Of a DNA stretch of 64,000 nucleotides, positions 27,913 to 41,469 are shown piece by piece. The DNA is from Octopus sinensis (taxonomy: Eukaryota). Made by a program: the position numbers and the translations under genes. The stretch spans positions 19,096,001 to 19,160,000 of the forward strand of contig NC_043018.1 in assembly GCF_006345805.1 (NCBI RefSeq), in the 5' to 3' direction. Within the stretch, counting starts at the first letter, position 1. Every line of letters starts with the position of its first letter. The notes under the pieces were generated by a model. It made no database searches. It saw nothing but the letters and a program-made list of their open reading frames with translations, and was not told the DNA's origin.

Positions 27913-28594
27913 TGAATTTGGATGGAATTTGCTGATAGAACAGAATGCTTATTGGTGTCCATTGTGAATATGCTTCTTACCTGTTGTCCTCTCACTTTCA
28001 CATGCCAAGGTAGATTGAATACAGTTCAGTTAATTACATGTAAACATTTAAACATATCAATTCCTGGGCATTAATTTCCTGTCTTGGAGTTGATTTTGTG
28101 CTCCAGCTAATCTCTGTAACTTGGAAGTCGCACAACTCCCATTAGACAAAGAATTACAGGATATGCTTTCATCTTCTTCATTCAAAAGTTTTTGCAAGGC
28201 CCAACAATCTAATGTTATTAACTTTTATTACAGTAATTACTTTCTCCTCATAAAACCACTAGTATACCAAGACCCCATATTTAAAATATATTTATAAGTT
28301 GTGTATTTTTTTCCCTTAATTCTTACCATTCTCTAATGAAAGCTTTAATGCAATATCAATTACATCATGTCTCCACTGCTGCTCCCTATCAATTAATCCT
28401 GATACAATTTAGCTGGTGTTTCTAAATGACATTGGAATGTCACTTTAATTATTTTATCCATGTTCAAGCTTTCTGCTTTAATCAGATCATCATTAATAAA
28501 CACCTTTGGCGTTAGGAAGGGCATCCAGCTGTAGAAACTCTGCCAGATCAAGATTGGAGCCTGGTTAAACGATGATGATGATGATGATGATCAG

Positions 28595-29145
28595 TTAGGT
28601 CATACAGGAAGGTGTGGTACCCAACAACTGGTGTAGCAACATTTTAGTCAACTGTTACAAGGGTAAAGATGTCTTAGAGAGAAGCAATTTCAGAGATCAA
28701 GTTGCTGGACTATTTCTTGAAAGTTACAGAAAGAGTTACAACTCAGTTAATTAGGATAAAAATGTGAGACTCGATGGGATGGAGTTCAGGTATGCGCCAG
28801 GAAGATGCATTGATAATGGCCTCTTTCTAGGAAGACAACTGCAGGAGAAGCATTTAGCCAAAAATGAACCACTGTTCTTGGCATTTGTCAGGCTGGAGGA
28901 AATTTCTGACAGAGTTCCTTGCTCTCTGATTTGGTGGTCACCATAGAAGCTAGGGGTTGAGAACTGTTCAAGTTGTGAAGAGGGGTGCTGTCAGTTATGA
29001 GTATAGTAATGAATTCAGTGTGGAAATAGGAGTTTGCTGGGGGGGGGTCTGTTCTCAGTCCCCTCTTTTATTTATTACAGTCCTCCAATAGAGGATTTAA
29101 AAACTGGGTGTCAGTGGGAATTCCTCTCTGCTGACGACTAAATTT
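28595..29145 (+). pseudogene. Decayed RTE-clade LINE reverse transcriptase fragment
   Basis: Frameshifted translation gives W..ILVNCYKGKD, RQLQEKHLAKNEPLFLAFV...DRVP..LIWW, SVLSPLLF and ADD, all RTE-type RT motifs. Confidence 0.8.
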
Positions 29146-29439
29146 CTTGTTAGCAGGGAAACAGACAGAATGGTTAATCCCAGCAGGTAAATGGCCTTAT
29201 TACCATCAGATGTGAGTCTCTCATTACAATGGTTCCCCACAGCTGAGTCTTTATCAGACCCCACTCCCCAGCAAAATTCTTAAGCATTTTTGAATAAGGC
29301 CTTAAACTTTACTGAAACTAATTTACACACATACACACACACACGCACACACACACTCTTTTAATTTTTGTTTTGTTGATTTTATTACAATTTATTTATT
29401 CTTTATTACTTCAATGATAAGACTAATACTCCTTTCTAC

Positions 29440-29830
29440 TAAAGGCACAAGGCCTGAAATTTTTGGGGAGGAGACTAGTCGATTACATTGCCCCCCTAGT
29501 ATTTGACTGGTTCTTCACTTATGAACCCTGAAAGGATGAAAGGCAAAGTCGACCTCAGCAGAATTTGAACTCAGAATGTAATGGTGAACAAAATACCTAT
29601 TTCTTTACTATCCACAAGGGGCTAAACCCAGAGAGGACAAACAAGGACAGATAAATGGATTAAGTCGATTATATCAACCCCAGTGCGTAACTGGTACTTA
29701 TTTAATCGACCCCGAAAAGATGAAAGGCAAAGTTGACCTTGGCAGAATTTGAACTCAGAACGTAGCGGCAGATGAAATACCACTAAGCATTTTGTCCGGC
29801 GTGCTAACATTTCTGCCAGCTTGCCACCTT
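29440..29830 (-). mobile_element. SINE family B variant dimer
   Basis: Two bodies joined at AAATACCTA|TTTCTTT near 29593-29607. Confidence 0.8.
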
Positions 29831-31554
29831 AATAATAATAATAATAATGATGATGATGATAATAATATATATCTTTGGACACATAGACACACAACAAAAT
29901 GAAGGTTGTTGTTGAGCAAATGGGTTGTTTCTGTGCTCTCCGTCCTTGCCAAACACTGTTGATGTGTATTACTTAACCAATAACCACTTCATATTTATTC
30001 ATCTCATTACGAATATGTTAATAGTGTGGCCCACTAACACAAGTTTAGATACACCGCTGTCATTCACCTTGATTGTTGACTTAATGTGACGGCAGTTTTC
30101 ATGAGCCGGCAAATTCAACTAGTCACTAATTAAAACTACAAGAATAGATTTTAAAAATGGTATTTTTGGCACACGAGATTATCTCTTCATCATCATCTTG
30201 TGTCTGAGTTTTTCCAAGTTGGGATGGCTTGGGTGAGTTTCATAGTGTCTCGTTTTGGTCCATTTGATCTGGAACACACATACACACACACAGCTACAGA
30301 AACCCAGCCAATTTTGTTGTTGTTGTCTCTTTCTTATAATATCGACTGGGTATATTTTATCTTGCCACTGACACCAGATACGTTGTCTGCAGCCAAACTA
30401 AACTGTCCGTTCTTCTTTGTATCAGATCTTATACGGAATCATTATATAATGTTACTTAGCCAGCAGCTAAAGGTTAAATAAAATCATTAAAAGTTTAAAA
30501 GTTGTGTGGTAGGATATTGGGTTGGTGGAAATTTATATAATTTCAATATTTCTAAATATTTTTTTGAATTTCTTTTACTCTAGGGATGACGATGAATCAA
30601 GCAATTTTCTCTAATCAATAGTCTTAATATTATCTTAATATTAAATAGACTTTATCATGATGATGATGATGATGATATTGATTAAAGAGATCAATATATT
30701 TACTTGCTTCGTTGTCTTAACCTTTAGTGTGTTTCTGTCGCAGTTTCTTTATTTCCTGTCTGGCAAGGGCTGGAGGAGTTCTGCAGTACAGTAAACCAGT
30801 GGCTCCCAAAACTTTTTCGGGCTGCTGTCCCCTTAACACCCAGGCCACATTCCTAGTGCCCCTATCCCAACCAACCATCACAACCATAGACCTCTTTCCA
30901 AAGTAAAGTCAGAGCAACTGTATTTCACAAATAAACCTTAACCTAACGAACCCATTATTTTGTGGTCTTTACATGAATCGCCACCCCTTTATTGCCCCAG
31001 TTTTTACATGAATTGCTACCCTTTTATTGCCCCACTTTCCTTCAGTGCTACCTTGGAACTTTCTGCCCCCCCCACCCCGGGGGGTGTGATTTCCCCTCAA
31101 CGTTGTTGTGGTGTTTGTTCTGGTTCTTTACTTTCTGAGTTCATGTCCTGCCAACGTCAGCTTTGCCTGTCATCTCCCTGGAGTCAATAAAATAAAGTAT
31201 TACTCAAGTACTGCAGTCAATGTATAAATAAATGGTTAACCACTCCTACCAAATTTTATGGATGTGTGCCTATGTTAGAAATGGTTATTATGAGTTCAAT
31301 TCCTTATACTTCCTTTCAACACTCTTTATCTCTTCTGTGGTTGTTAAACTAGAGTTGATTGAATTGGCTACAGCCTCATCATTAAGTTTGGGGGCCAAGC
31401 ACCTATATTAGAAATTATTGTTATTATTATTCTTTTAAACTCAGGTTTTGTTTGAACTCCTGGTGCTTTGCATACACAGTAGGCTTGTTACCAGCAGCCT
31501 ATGGTGCCATGCTATTCTTTTCAAATCTAATTCTTCCCTTCTGTTCTTCCGCCA

Positions 31555-33255
31555 CAGTCAACTTTGCCTTTCATCCTTTCGAGGTCGATAAACTAAGTAC
31601 CAGTTGAGTACTGGGGATGATTACATCGACCAGTCCCTTCCCCCAAATTTTCAAGCATTGTGCCTTTAGAAGAAAGAAAGATTATTATTATTAAAGCAAT
31701 GAGCTGGATGATTTGTTGTGTGGGGCTGGCAAAATCATTAGCATATTGGACAAAATGTTTAGTGCTAAGTTTCAAATCTACTGAGGCTACCTTTGCCTTT
31801 CATCCTTTCGAGGTTGATAAACTAAGTACCATTTGAGTACTGGGGATGATTACATCGACCAGTCCCTTCCCCCAAATTTTCAAGCCTTGTGCCTTTAGAA
31901 GAAAGGATTATTATTATTAAAGCAATGAGCTGGATGATTCTGTGTAGTGGGCTGGCAAAATCATTAGCATATTGGACAAAATGTTTAGTGCTAAGTTTCA
32001 AATCCTCCTGAGGCTACCTTTGCCTTTCATCCTTTCGAGGTTGATAACTAAGTACCATTTGAGTACTGGGGATGATTACATCGACCAGTCCCTTCCCCCA
32101 AATTTTCAAGCCTTGTGCCTTTAGAAGAAAGGATTATTATTATTAAAGCAATGAGCTGGATGATTCTGTGTAGTGGGCTGGCAAAATCATTAGCATTGGA
32201 CAAAATGTTTAGTGCTAAGTTCAAATCCTCCTGAGGCTACCTTTGCTTTCATCCTTTCGAGGTTGATAAACTAAGTACCATTTGAGTACTGGGGATGATT
32301 ACATCGACCAGTCCCTTCCCCCAAATTTTCAAGCCTTGTGCCTTTAGAAGAAAGGATTATTATTATTAAAGCAATGAGCTGGATGATTCCGTGTAGTGGG
32401 CTGGCAAAATCATTAGCATATTGGACAAAATGTTTAGTGCTAAGTTTCAAATCCTCCTGAGGCTACCTTTGCCTTTCATCCTTTCGAGGTTGATAAACTA
32501 AGTACCATTTGAGTACTGGGGATGATTACATCGACCAGTCCCTTCCCCCAAATTTTCAAGCCTTGTGCCTTTAGAAGAAAGGATTATTATTATTAAAGCA
32601 ATGAGCTGGATGATTCCGTGTAGTGGGCTGGCAAAATCATTAGCATATTGGACAAAATGTTTAGTGCTAAGTTTCAAATCCTCCTGAGGCTACCTTTGCC
32701 TTTCATCCTTTCGAGGTTGATAAACTAAGTACCATTTGAGTACTGGGGTGATTCATCGACCAGTCCTTCCCCCAAATTTTCAAGCCTTGTGCCTTTAGAA
32801 GAAAGGATTATATTATTAAAGCAATGAGCTGGATGATTCCGTGTGTAGTGGGATGGCAAAATCATTAGCATATTGGACAAAATGTTTAGTGCTAAGTTTC
32901 AAATCCTCCTGAGGCTACCTTGGCTTTCATCCTTTCGAGGTGATTAAACTAAGTACCATTTGAGTACGGGGATGTTTACATCGACAGTCCCTTTCCAAAT
33001 TTTCAGGCCTTGTGCCTTTAGAAGAAAGGATATTATTATTAAAGCAATGAGCTGGATGATTCCGTGTAGTGGGCTGGCAAAATCATTAGCTATTGGACAA
33101 ATTTTAGTGCTAAGTTTCAAATCCTCCTGAGGCTACCTTTGCCTTTCATCCTTTCAGGGTTGATGAAATAAGTAACAGGTGAGCACTGGGTTGATGTCAT
33201 CAGCTTGCCTCTTCCACTGAAATTTCAGACCTTGTACCTTTAGTAAAAAGGATTA
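31555..33255 (+). repeat. Tandem array of ~7.5 SINE-derived units of ~218-229 bp
   Basis: CTTTGCCTTTCATCCTTTCGAGG-like anchor at ~31563, 31791, 32018, 32241, 32467, 32694, 32919 and 33137. Confidence 0.93.
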
Positions 33256-33595
33256 CTACCTCCACCTTAGCAAAAACAGGGGTATTATTTTCAGTTGTGT
33301 TTGTTTGCTTGTTTGTCCATGGACAAGACAAGATGCCTCAGGCACCGCTGGATGGATTCAGATGAAACTTTCAGGGATGTTTGGCCTCATGACAGACATG
33401 AACTGATTAGATTTTGGGATCAATCCGGTACTGGACAAGGATTCTGGATTATTTTTCCTGTTTTTTACTTAATATTTGAGAGCAGTCGAGTTTATCTCGG
33501 ATATTCTCACCTTAAAAATCATCTCCAGTCAATTATTGAGAGGACATTGGTGTTGCCTTGGCAGAGGTTTGCGCTCTCCGAGTGTTCTTTTTATT
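33255..33595 (+). mobile_element. Probable Helentron/HINE-like non-autonomous element
   Basis: Starts TTACTACCTCCACCTTAGC and ends GGCAGAGGTTTGCGCTCTCCGAGTG-TTCT, which resembles Helentron-associated element termini (from memory of the family). Confidence 0.45.
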
Positions 33596-33939
33596 ATTAT
33601 TTGGTTTGACCCCGGTTCGGTCTTATTCCTGGTAGGATTTATGTGGGTAGCAGGTTACTACTTGTAACCTTAGGTATCCACAAGTTTTCAGCAGTGTTTC
33701 AAGTGCTTAGAGCCCTCCCGATAATCTTTGCTGTCTATCATTTATATTTATTCAAACGTCTTTGTATTACATTTCTCTGCATGTGAGTGTATATAATTGT
33801 AATTAGGGTGTTGCTGCTGCTGTGTTTATAATGTTGGCCACGTATTACAGAGCATCTATGTGTGTGTGTGTGTGTGTGTTTTGTTTGCATTCACTTTACT
33901 CACACACACACACACACAGAATTTTGTTATTGTATATTT

Positions 33940-34716
33940 ATTTCTTTACTACCCACAAGGGGCTAAACACAGAGAGGACAAACAAGGACAGACAAACGGA
34001 TTAAGTCGATTACATCGAGCCCAGTGCGTAACTGGTACTTAATTTATCGTCCCTGAAAGGATGAAAGGCAAAGTCAACCTCGGCGGAATTTGAACTCAGA
34101 ACGTAAAGACTGACGAGATACCTATTTCTTTACTACCCACAAGGGGCTAAACATAGAGGGGACAAACAAGGACAGACAAACGGATTAAGTCGATTACATC
34201 GAGCCCAGTGCGTAACTGGTACTTAATTTATCGACCCTGAAAGAATGATGAAAGGCAAAGTCCACCTCGGAGGAATTTGAACTCAGAACGTAAAGACTGA
34301 CGAGATACCTATTTCTTTACTACCCACAGGGCTAAACACAGAGGGGCAAACAAGGACAGACCAACGGATTAAGTCGAATACATCGAGCCCAGTGCGTAAC
34401 TGGTACTTAATTTATCGACCCTGAAAGGATTGAAAGGCAAAGTCAACTCGACGGAATTTGAACTCAGAACGTAAAGACTGACGAGATACTATTTCTTTAC
34501 TACCCACAAGGGGTAAACACAGAGGGAAAACAAGGACAGACAAACGGATTAAGTCGATTACATCGAGACCCAGTGCGTAACTGGTACTTAATTTAGACCC
34601 TGAAAGGATGAAAGGCAAAGTCAACCTCGGCGGAATTTGAACTCAGAACGTAGCGGCAGACAAAGTACGGCTACGTATTTCGCCCAGCGTGCTAACCACT
34701 CTGCCAGCTCGCCGCC
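33940..34716 (-). repeat. Head-to-tail tetramer of SINE family B (~180-187-bp units)
   Basis: TTTCTTTACTACCCACA at 33941, 34125, 34312 and 34492; single SINE head at ~34716. Confidence 0.92.
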
Positions 34717-35577
34717 TTGTTATTGTATATTGCTTTGTCAACTCAGTTGGTAACAAGGCTTGGGTTTTTGTTTTTCTGTCAGTTATTGTATATATGTGTG
34801 TTTGTATATCCATGTGTAAATGTGTGTGTGTGTGTGCATATAGACATACACAGAGGGTACAACCTAAATATATATAGCCAATCCCCCCTCTTCCTTGCTA
34901 AGAGCATTTTTAAGCCAAACCGTCATATTCCCGGTGCACCCCCCCTTGCCACCCCCCCACCAAATACCGGATATCTCTATATTTTTGCTCCTCTATAACG
35001 GATGTCGCCTTCTCCCACCACCATTATAGGTGTCTACTCTTGGAAACCCCCTCTTCAATACGCTATTTCAACAATGCGTACCCTCTCTTGATATCCTAAC
35101 GTTCTACTTGCCTAGAACCTGTAATCATTTATCTGAACCAACCCTACCACTGGTTGCTCACCGATATTTCTGCCCCCACCCCACATAAAAAGCACCATCC
35201 GAACGTGGCCGATGCCAGACCCCTCGGGCACCTGTGCAGGTGGCACGTAAAACACACCCATTACATCGCGGAGTGGTTGGCGTTAGGAAGGGCATCCAGC
35301 TGTAGAAACACTGCCAGACTAGACTGGAGCCTGGGGCAGTCCCTAGCTCCCCAGACCCCGGTCGAAAACCGTCCCACCCGTGCTAGCGCGGAAAAGGACT
35401 TTAAACGATGATGATGATGATGATGATGATACAAGACATTAAAAGGTTTGAAAGACAGTTGCAGGGGGACCATTGGAAAGATGAAAATCATGGGATGAAA
35501 GCCTTTGATACTTTAATTAAATTGATCAATTAATAAAGTAAATGGCATCTTCTGTGTGTATGTGTGTGTGTTTTACT

Positions 35578-35677
35578 NNNNNNNNNNNNNNNNNNNNNNN
35601 NNNNNNNNNNNNNNNNNNNNNNNNNNNNNNNNNNNNNNNNNNNNNNNNNNNNNNNNNNNNNNNNNNNNNNNNNNNNN
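35578..35677. other. Assembly gap (100 N) inside a SCAMP intron
   Basis: Run of exactly 100 n; true size unknown. Confidence 0.99.
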
Positions 35678-36295
35678 TCACTCATCAGTTTTACAGTACT
35701 CCTGCTGTTCACAGTGGTGTATGTATTACACTGCTATAGTTATGAAATTGATTAGGTTTCATTGTTTAACCCCAGGTCAAACCTGATTGAGCTGAACTTA
35801 TGATCAAAAACATTCCAGTAGTAACCATCCCATCCCCCCACCCCCAATCACTGTTCCTCTAGAATAACATTATTCAGTTTACTCTTTGCTTTTTAAGACA
35901 GGAGGGTGTGATTTGGCTGCTATCTCTAGCAGATTATGCAGCTGCATGGAACCTCCCTTGTTGACATTGTATTGTTTTTGATCTGAAATGATTTTATTAA
36001 TAAAATCAGTTTAATCAAAGGTCAACAGACGTTAAATGATGATGATGATGTACCGTGTTCCAATCTGATGTTGCCGTCTAATTTTAGTGTTGCCTTAGTT
36101 TAATCAAGTAAGTCATTTGCTTGTATGGTACCTGTCCACCGACAGGTACCATACAAGAGTTAAGCTACAGCTGACCTACAATTTCTCTACCTTTTGGCTG
36201 AGCATCTGATTATGCTAACCATTTCATGCATTCATGGTTCTTGTACAGTTATCCGAGGCTCCCCCTCTCACTTCATGGCCCATTTGACATTAGAC

Positions 36296-36536
36296 CAGTG
36301 CTTTTCAAACTTTTTGCTGGAGCGAAACCCCAAGGAAACATTCCACTGGCTCGAGGAACCCCTGTGCAATAATTTAATAGTCTTATGCACACGTATCTGC
36401 ACAGGAGAATTAAAAATTACTGCCGATTTTAGCAGTTTTGTAACTTCTTGCGGAACCCCTGGACTGTACTGGCGGAACCCCTGGACTGTACTGGCGGAAC
36501 CCTAAGGTTCTACGGATCCCTGGTTGAAAACCACTG
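36296..36536. mobile_element. hAT-type MITE
   Basis: TIRs CAGTGCTTTTCAAAC and GGTTGAAAACCACTG; imperfect 8-bp TSD CATTAGAC/CGTTAGAG; internal 22-bp tandem repeat. Confidence 0.75.
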
Positions 36537-37134
36537 CGTTAGAGCATGACTCTGGCCGTCAGAATCACTCTTTTCCATTTAGCAATAATTAATGGAGGAA
36601 TATAAAGATACGATGGAAACAAATAGCCAAGAAACTTTACAGGAAATATTGGTTTCAAATTCTGGCACAAGGCCAGCAATTTCATTGAGGAGTGTAAGTC
36701 AGTTACATTGAGCCCAGTATTCAACTGGTACTTATTTTTATTGACTCTGTAAAGATGAAAGAAAATATCATATGACATTGTATATAGGAACAGATTATTT
36801 TTTTATGAATCGACCATCAGTTGTTTCTTCTTGAAAACAAAGTTTATGTCGCAATAATGTTCCAGTAATATTTTCTAACCAATTGTTGTGTTTGGAAATT
36901 CCAATATGGTGGTATGAATTCAGAAACAAATTGATGTTACCTTGTGTAACATTGTTTTGTTTTTCTTCGTAGAAGAGAATTTTATCCTCTTCATTGTACA
37001 TTCCTTTAAACTGCAAGATTAAATTCCATGGTTATTCCAGTAATAATGTTAAATCACTGTGATCACCGTGAATGACCAGGCTATCAGATGTTGCTACACA
37101 TCGCTGGTCACAATGCGCTTCGCTGGCTAAGCGA

Positions 37135-37332
37135 GCAGGCCAACAGAAGAAAGAGTGAGAGAAAGTTGTGACGAAAGAGTACAGCAGGGATCGCCACCAC
37201 CCCCCTGCCGGAGCCTCGTGGAGCTTTAGGTGTTTTCGCTCACAAAACACTCACAACGCCCGGTCTGGGAATTGAAACCGCGATCCTACAACTGCGAGTC
37301 CTCTGCCCTAACCACTGGGCCATTGCGCTTCC
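37135..37332 (-). mobile_element. SINE family C, partial
   Basis: Reverse complement of the family C head and body. Confidence 0.8.
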
Positions 37333-37644
37333 ATATAATGTTAAATATCTACCAAAAAATAGAATTGGTATTTTCTGCAAGTCACCTTGCCTCAAATTTG
37401 ACATAACTCTACAAAAAATGACTTCCAGCATGGCAATTCTCAGAAAAAGATGGATTGGTATCTAAAACTGCTTTCTGCCGTTGAGGCTAATGACATTTTG
37501 AGTGGCTTTATCTGATATCCACAGCAGAAAGGATATAACTGCAGTAGATGTTTTTTATCAAGTAATATCATTTATGCTCTGCTCTCCACATGTGTATCTT
37601 AGGAATGTCTTAAGATTTCGTTTCTCTTCTAAAATTCCTTTCAG

Positions 37645-37797
37645 GTTCCAGCTACCCGGCCAACCATTCCTGCTCCTCAACCCTCACAGCCACCAGCATC
37701 ACAGCCGGCCATTATGACCCCATCTGAAGAAGCCCCGCCATACTCAGCTGTTGGGGCACAGAAAATTGATACTAGTGACCTTCAGCGTAGACAAGAG
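37645..37797 (+). CDS. SCAMP: SCAMP exon, Pro-rich linker to start of coiled coil (VPATRPTIPAPQPSQPP...DTSDLQRRQE)
   Basis: cctttcAG / GTgagt; 153 nt, phase 0/0; ends ...LQRRQE and joins ELERKAAEL of the next exon, as in SCAMPs. Confidence 0.93.
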
Positions 37798-38371
37798 GTG
37801 AGTGATAGATTAATAATTTGTGTCTTTACGCTTAATTGATTAAGATCATTAATTCAAATGTTTATATATGATACTCTAACAAGAAGCTTGATTTTTTTTT
37901 TTTTTTTTTTAATTTTTTTTTATGTCAGAATAAGAATTGAGATTGGTTTTACTTAAATTGTCTTCTTCTGACCCAGCAGTTCTCTACGTTTTTTGTACCA
38001 CCGACCAGCTTCATGCAAGACAGTTTCTCCGCAGGCCGGGAGATCATGCACGTAGCAAAACACAATAAAATGCATGGCACATAAAAGGCACTTGTGCTGG
38101 TGACAGTAAATGGCTCCTCCTGTGTCGGTGACACCTGAATGGCCCCTGTGCTGGTAACAGTAAATGAGACCCATGCTGGTAACACATAAAAGCACCTGTG
38201 TTGGTGACACATAAAATGCACCCACTACACTCTTGGAGTAGTTGGTGTTAGGAAGAGCATCCAGCCGTAGAAACCAAGCGGAAATCAGACTGGAACCTGG
38301 TACAGCTCTCTGGCTTACCAGTTCCAGTCAAACTGTGTAACCCATGCCAGTATGCATGGAAATTGGACACT

Positions 38372-38408
<37 letters not shown>

Positions 38409-39202
38409 CATATATAGTTCATATATAATGCAAAAACACCCAGCAGACTGCAATAGTCTGTAGAATAGATATGAAATTTTTAAAATCTCTTGTTTCCATG
38501 TGGTTTGGTATGCAATCATGTCCAGTTCAGTGGCTGAGGACCCCTGTTCTAAGAAATAGTATGACCAGTAGGTGCAGGCTTGGTTAACTGTTTAAGAAAC
38601 TCACTTTGTAATCATGAAGTGTCAGGTTCAATCCCACTTTATGATACCATGGTCAGTTGTCTCTTATGATTTTGTGGGGTTGACCCGAAATTGAACAGAA
38701 ATTGTGTGGAAATCTGTTGGATGGAGTGTAACTGTAATTGTAATGGCCATCTTTGTTACCAACCTTGACGAATGCTGATTCCGTGTGAGAATTACATTGT
38801 TTTTGAAATGGCAAATTATTTTGTTGACTGGACACTGGAATGCTCATCGTCAAGCCTGACACCAGAGCCATTTATGTACAGCCACATGGTCACCAGCATA
38901 ATGTACACTCCTTCTTTCTTGTCTACTGCTACTACAACAGTTTCTGAGATCTCTGTATCATCTTCACCAAAGAAAACTTGATTCACTTCCTTGCTTTTCC
39001 TGCTGCTGAGCCTTAATCGCATTTGTTAGCTCTGTTCTTTGTACCCAGGACTGCTGCAGTCTAGGTACATTTCTTCACAATGGCACCAAGCTGCACCTCA
39101 CTGCAAGGAATAAGAGTGCTGCTCTTTCTTCTCGGACTGAATAATTAAAAAATTAATGAAATATATGGGAGTGACCACTATGGAATGGTGGTAAGTTGTC
39201 AC

Positions 39203-39433
39203 TGAGTTGAGCCTCTGAGTGAGTTGAGCCTCCGAGTGAGTTGAGCCCCCGAGTAAGCCGAGCCCCCGAGTAAGCCGAGCCCCCGAGTAAGTTGAGCCCC
39301 CGAGTAAGTTGAGCCCCCGAGTAAGTTGAGCCCCCGAGTAAGTTGAGCCCCCGAGTAAGTTGAGCCCCCGAGTAAGTTGAGCCTCTGAGTAAGTTGAGCC
39401 TCCGAGTAAGTCGAGCCTCTAAGTAAGTTGAGT
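39203..39433. repeat. 17-bp minisatellite (GAGTAAGTTGAGCCCCC) x ~13
   Basis: Read directly; produces the 17-aa periodic ORF 39199-39504. Confidence 0.93.
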
Positions 39434-40769
39434 CTGTGATTCAGTTTTGATTTATAGTTGAATCCCTTAATCCTGTTCGCAACAGTATTTCCGTTGAAAT
39501 ACACTGCCCTAGTTTCACTTAATTTAGGAAACGACGAAGAATGGAAATAAAATACCTGTTGTGATTAAAACAGGTGTTTGAAACAAATTGACGTGAGAGA
39601 TTTTGTTGGAAGGTTTTAATTTAAGCCACTTCAAAGAAAGAAGTTTGCATCATAAAACCAAGGGTGGTTTCATATGGGTTGTTAACCAAAAGAGTTACCT
39701 GTACATTTAGCCAGGTGTCGATTACCTGAAGAAAGAAATGCAATGGACTCACCTGGTCTTTTATGACACTGAAGGAAGTAGGAACTTTAATGATTACCCT
39801 GTTGCTTGATAAACACTACATATCCTTTGTATTTCCCATGTGTGTGTGGGGACGGGGCAGGGATTGTTATTGGTCTATTCAGCAGCAAAAAATTCACTGT
39901 TTTGTTATATTTATAATTTTCAAAAATATAATTTCCTTTGTTATTGTTGTTTCAATATAATTGTTGTTGTTTGCTATTTGAATAGATATTCTTGTATTCA
40001 AATTTTAAACGGCAACAGATTCGGGGTATCTGTAGTCCAGGTTATGACTTGTCAGGCCAATAAACTTAGCGCCAAGCTAACAACTGTGATGGCAATTCAG
40101 TGTAACATTAGTTCTCGTATACCAATTATAGTTGTTTGTTTATTTTTTTTTCCATTAGCAACATAGAGAAACACTGAGAAAATAATTAATGGATTAGATT
40201 AGAGCCAGTCAATTGCTCATTGTAAATTAGTAAAGATTATCTAAAATACCTGGTGAGAAGCCAGGTATTATTGTTGTGGTGGTGTAGGACTGGATTACTT
40301 GTAGTATTTAGATGGCTTTTTTGTGTTCTGAAATCAAATTCTGCTAGAGCCAACTTTACTTTTCATCCTTTGAGAGTGAACAAAATTAATTACCCATATA
40401 TATATATATATATATATCAATGGAAAATCGACATCAATGGAAATTGTAGATGTGATATCAGTGCCGGTGGCACATAAGAGAACCATCCGAACATGGCTGT
40501 TGCCAGTGCCGCCCCGACTGACCTCTGTGCTGGTGACACGTAAAATGCACCATCCGATTGTGGCCTTTTGCCAGCCTCGCCTGGCACCTGTGCCGGTGGC
40601 ACGTAAAAAGCACCCACCACACTCATGGAGTGGTTGGCGTTACGAAGGGCATCCAGCCGTAGAAACATTGCCAGATCAGACTGGGCTTGGTGCAGCCTTC
40701 TAGCTTCCCAGACCCCAGTTGAACCGTCCAACCCATGCCAGCATGGAAAGCGGATGCTAAACGATGATG

Positions 40770-40800
<31 letters not shown>

Positions 40801-41469
40801 CTGAGATAAATACAATCACCAGTTCCTGCCATTGTCTTGTGCCAATATTGGACATCATTATTTGCTTTTAAGTATACAAAGATTTTGCTTTGAAACTGAA
40901 AATTTAGCATAGAAATAGTTTAACTTCCTACATCAGCTTTGGTGCTGCAAGTGTTTGGGTTTTTACTCAGCTTTTCTGTTTAGCAAGGTTAGTGTGCAAT
41001 GAAGAACATGGTGCAGTAACATACAGAATTTCAGTTTTAGAAATATGATTTATTCTTTTTTTTTTTTAAAAAAAAACATGGCTGTTATAGCTAGTTTTTT
41101 GAAAGTCTACTAGTATAAAACTGGTCTTTGTAATCATAAAACAAATTATAACCAGAGTAGATTATAGATCCTGAGATTTCTCCATTTGGAACATCTGCTA
41201 AGATTAAAATATCTAGAGATTATGTTCAGATTTGTTTGCTGTATATTCATGTGAAGAACCTGAACACTATGAGGGTAGGGTAGCCAGGAGTAACAATTCC
41301 AACTGTTGAGGTTGAAAGTTGTAAGTGTGGGAGTATATTTGAAGGGATAGTGTTGAAGTCATTTTGTTTTAACCCTTAGATCTCTCAGTAAACTATCCTT
41401 CAACCCTTTAAGCATTTAGGTTACTCTGTAATGTGACCTGGGTGTTATTGTCAACAGTGATTTGCGTTG

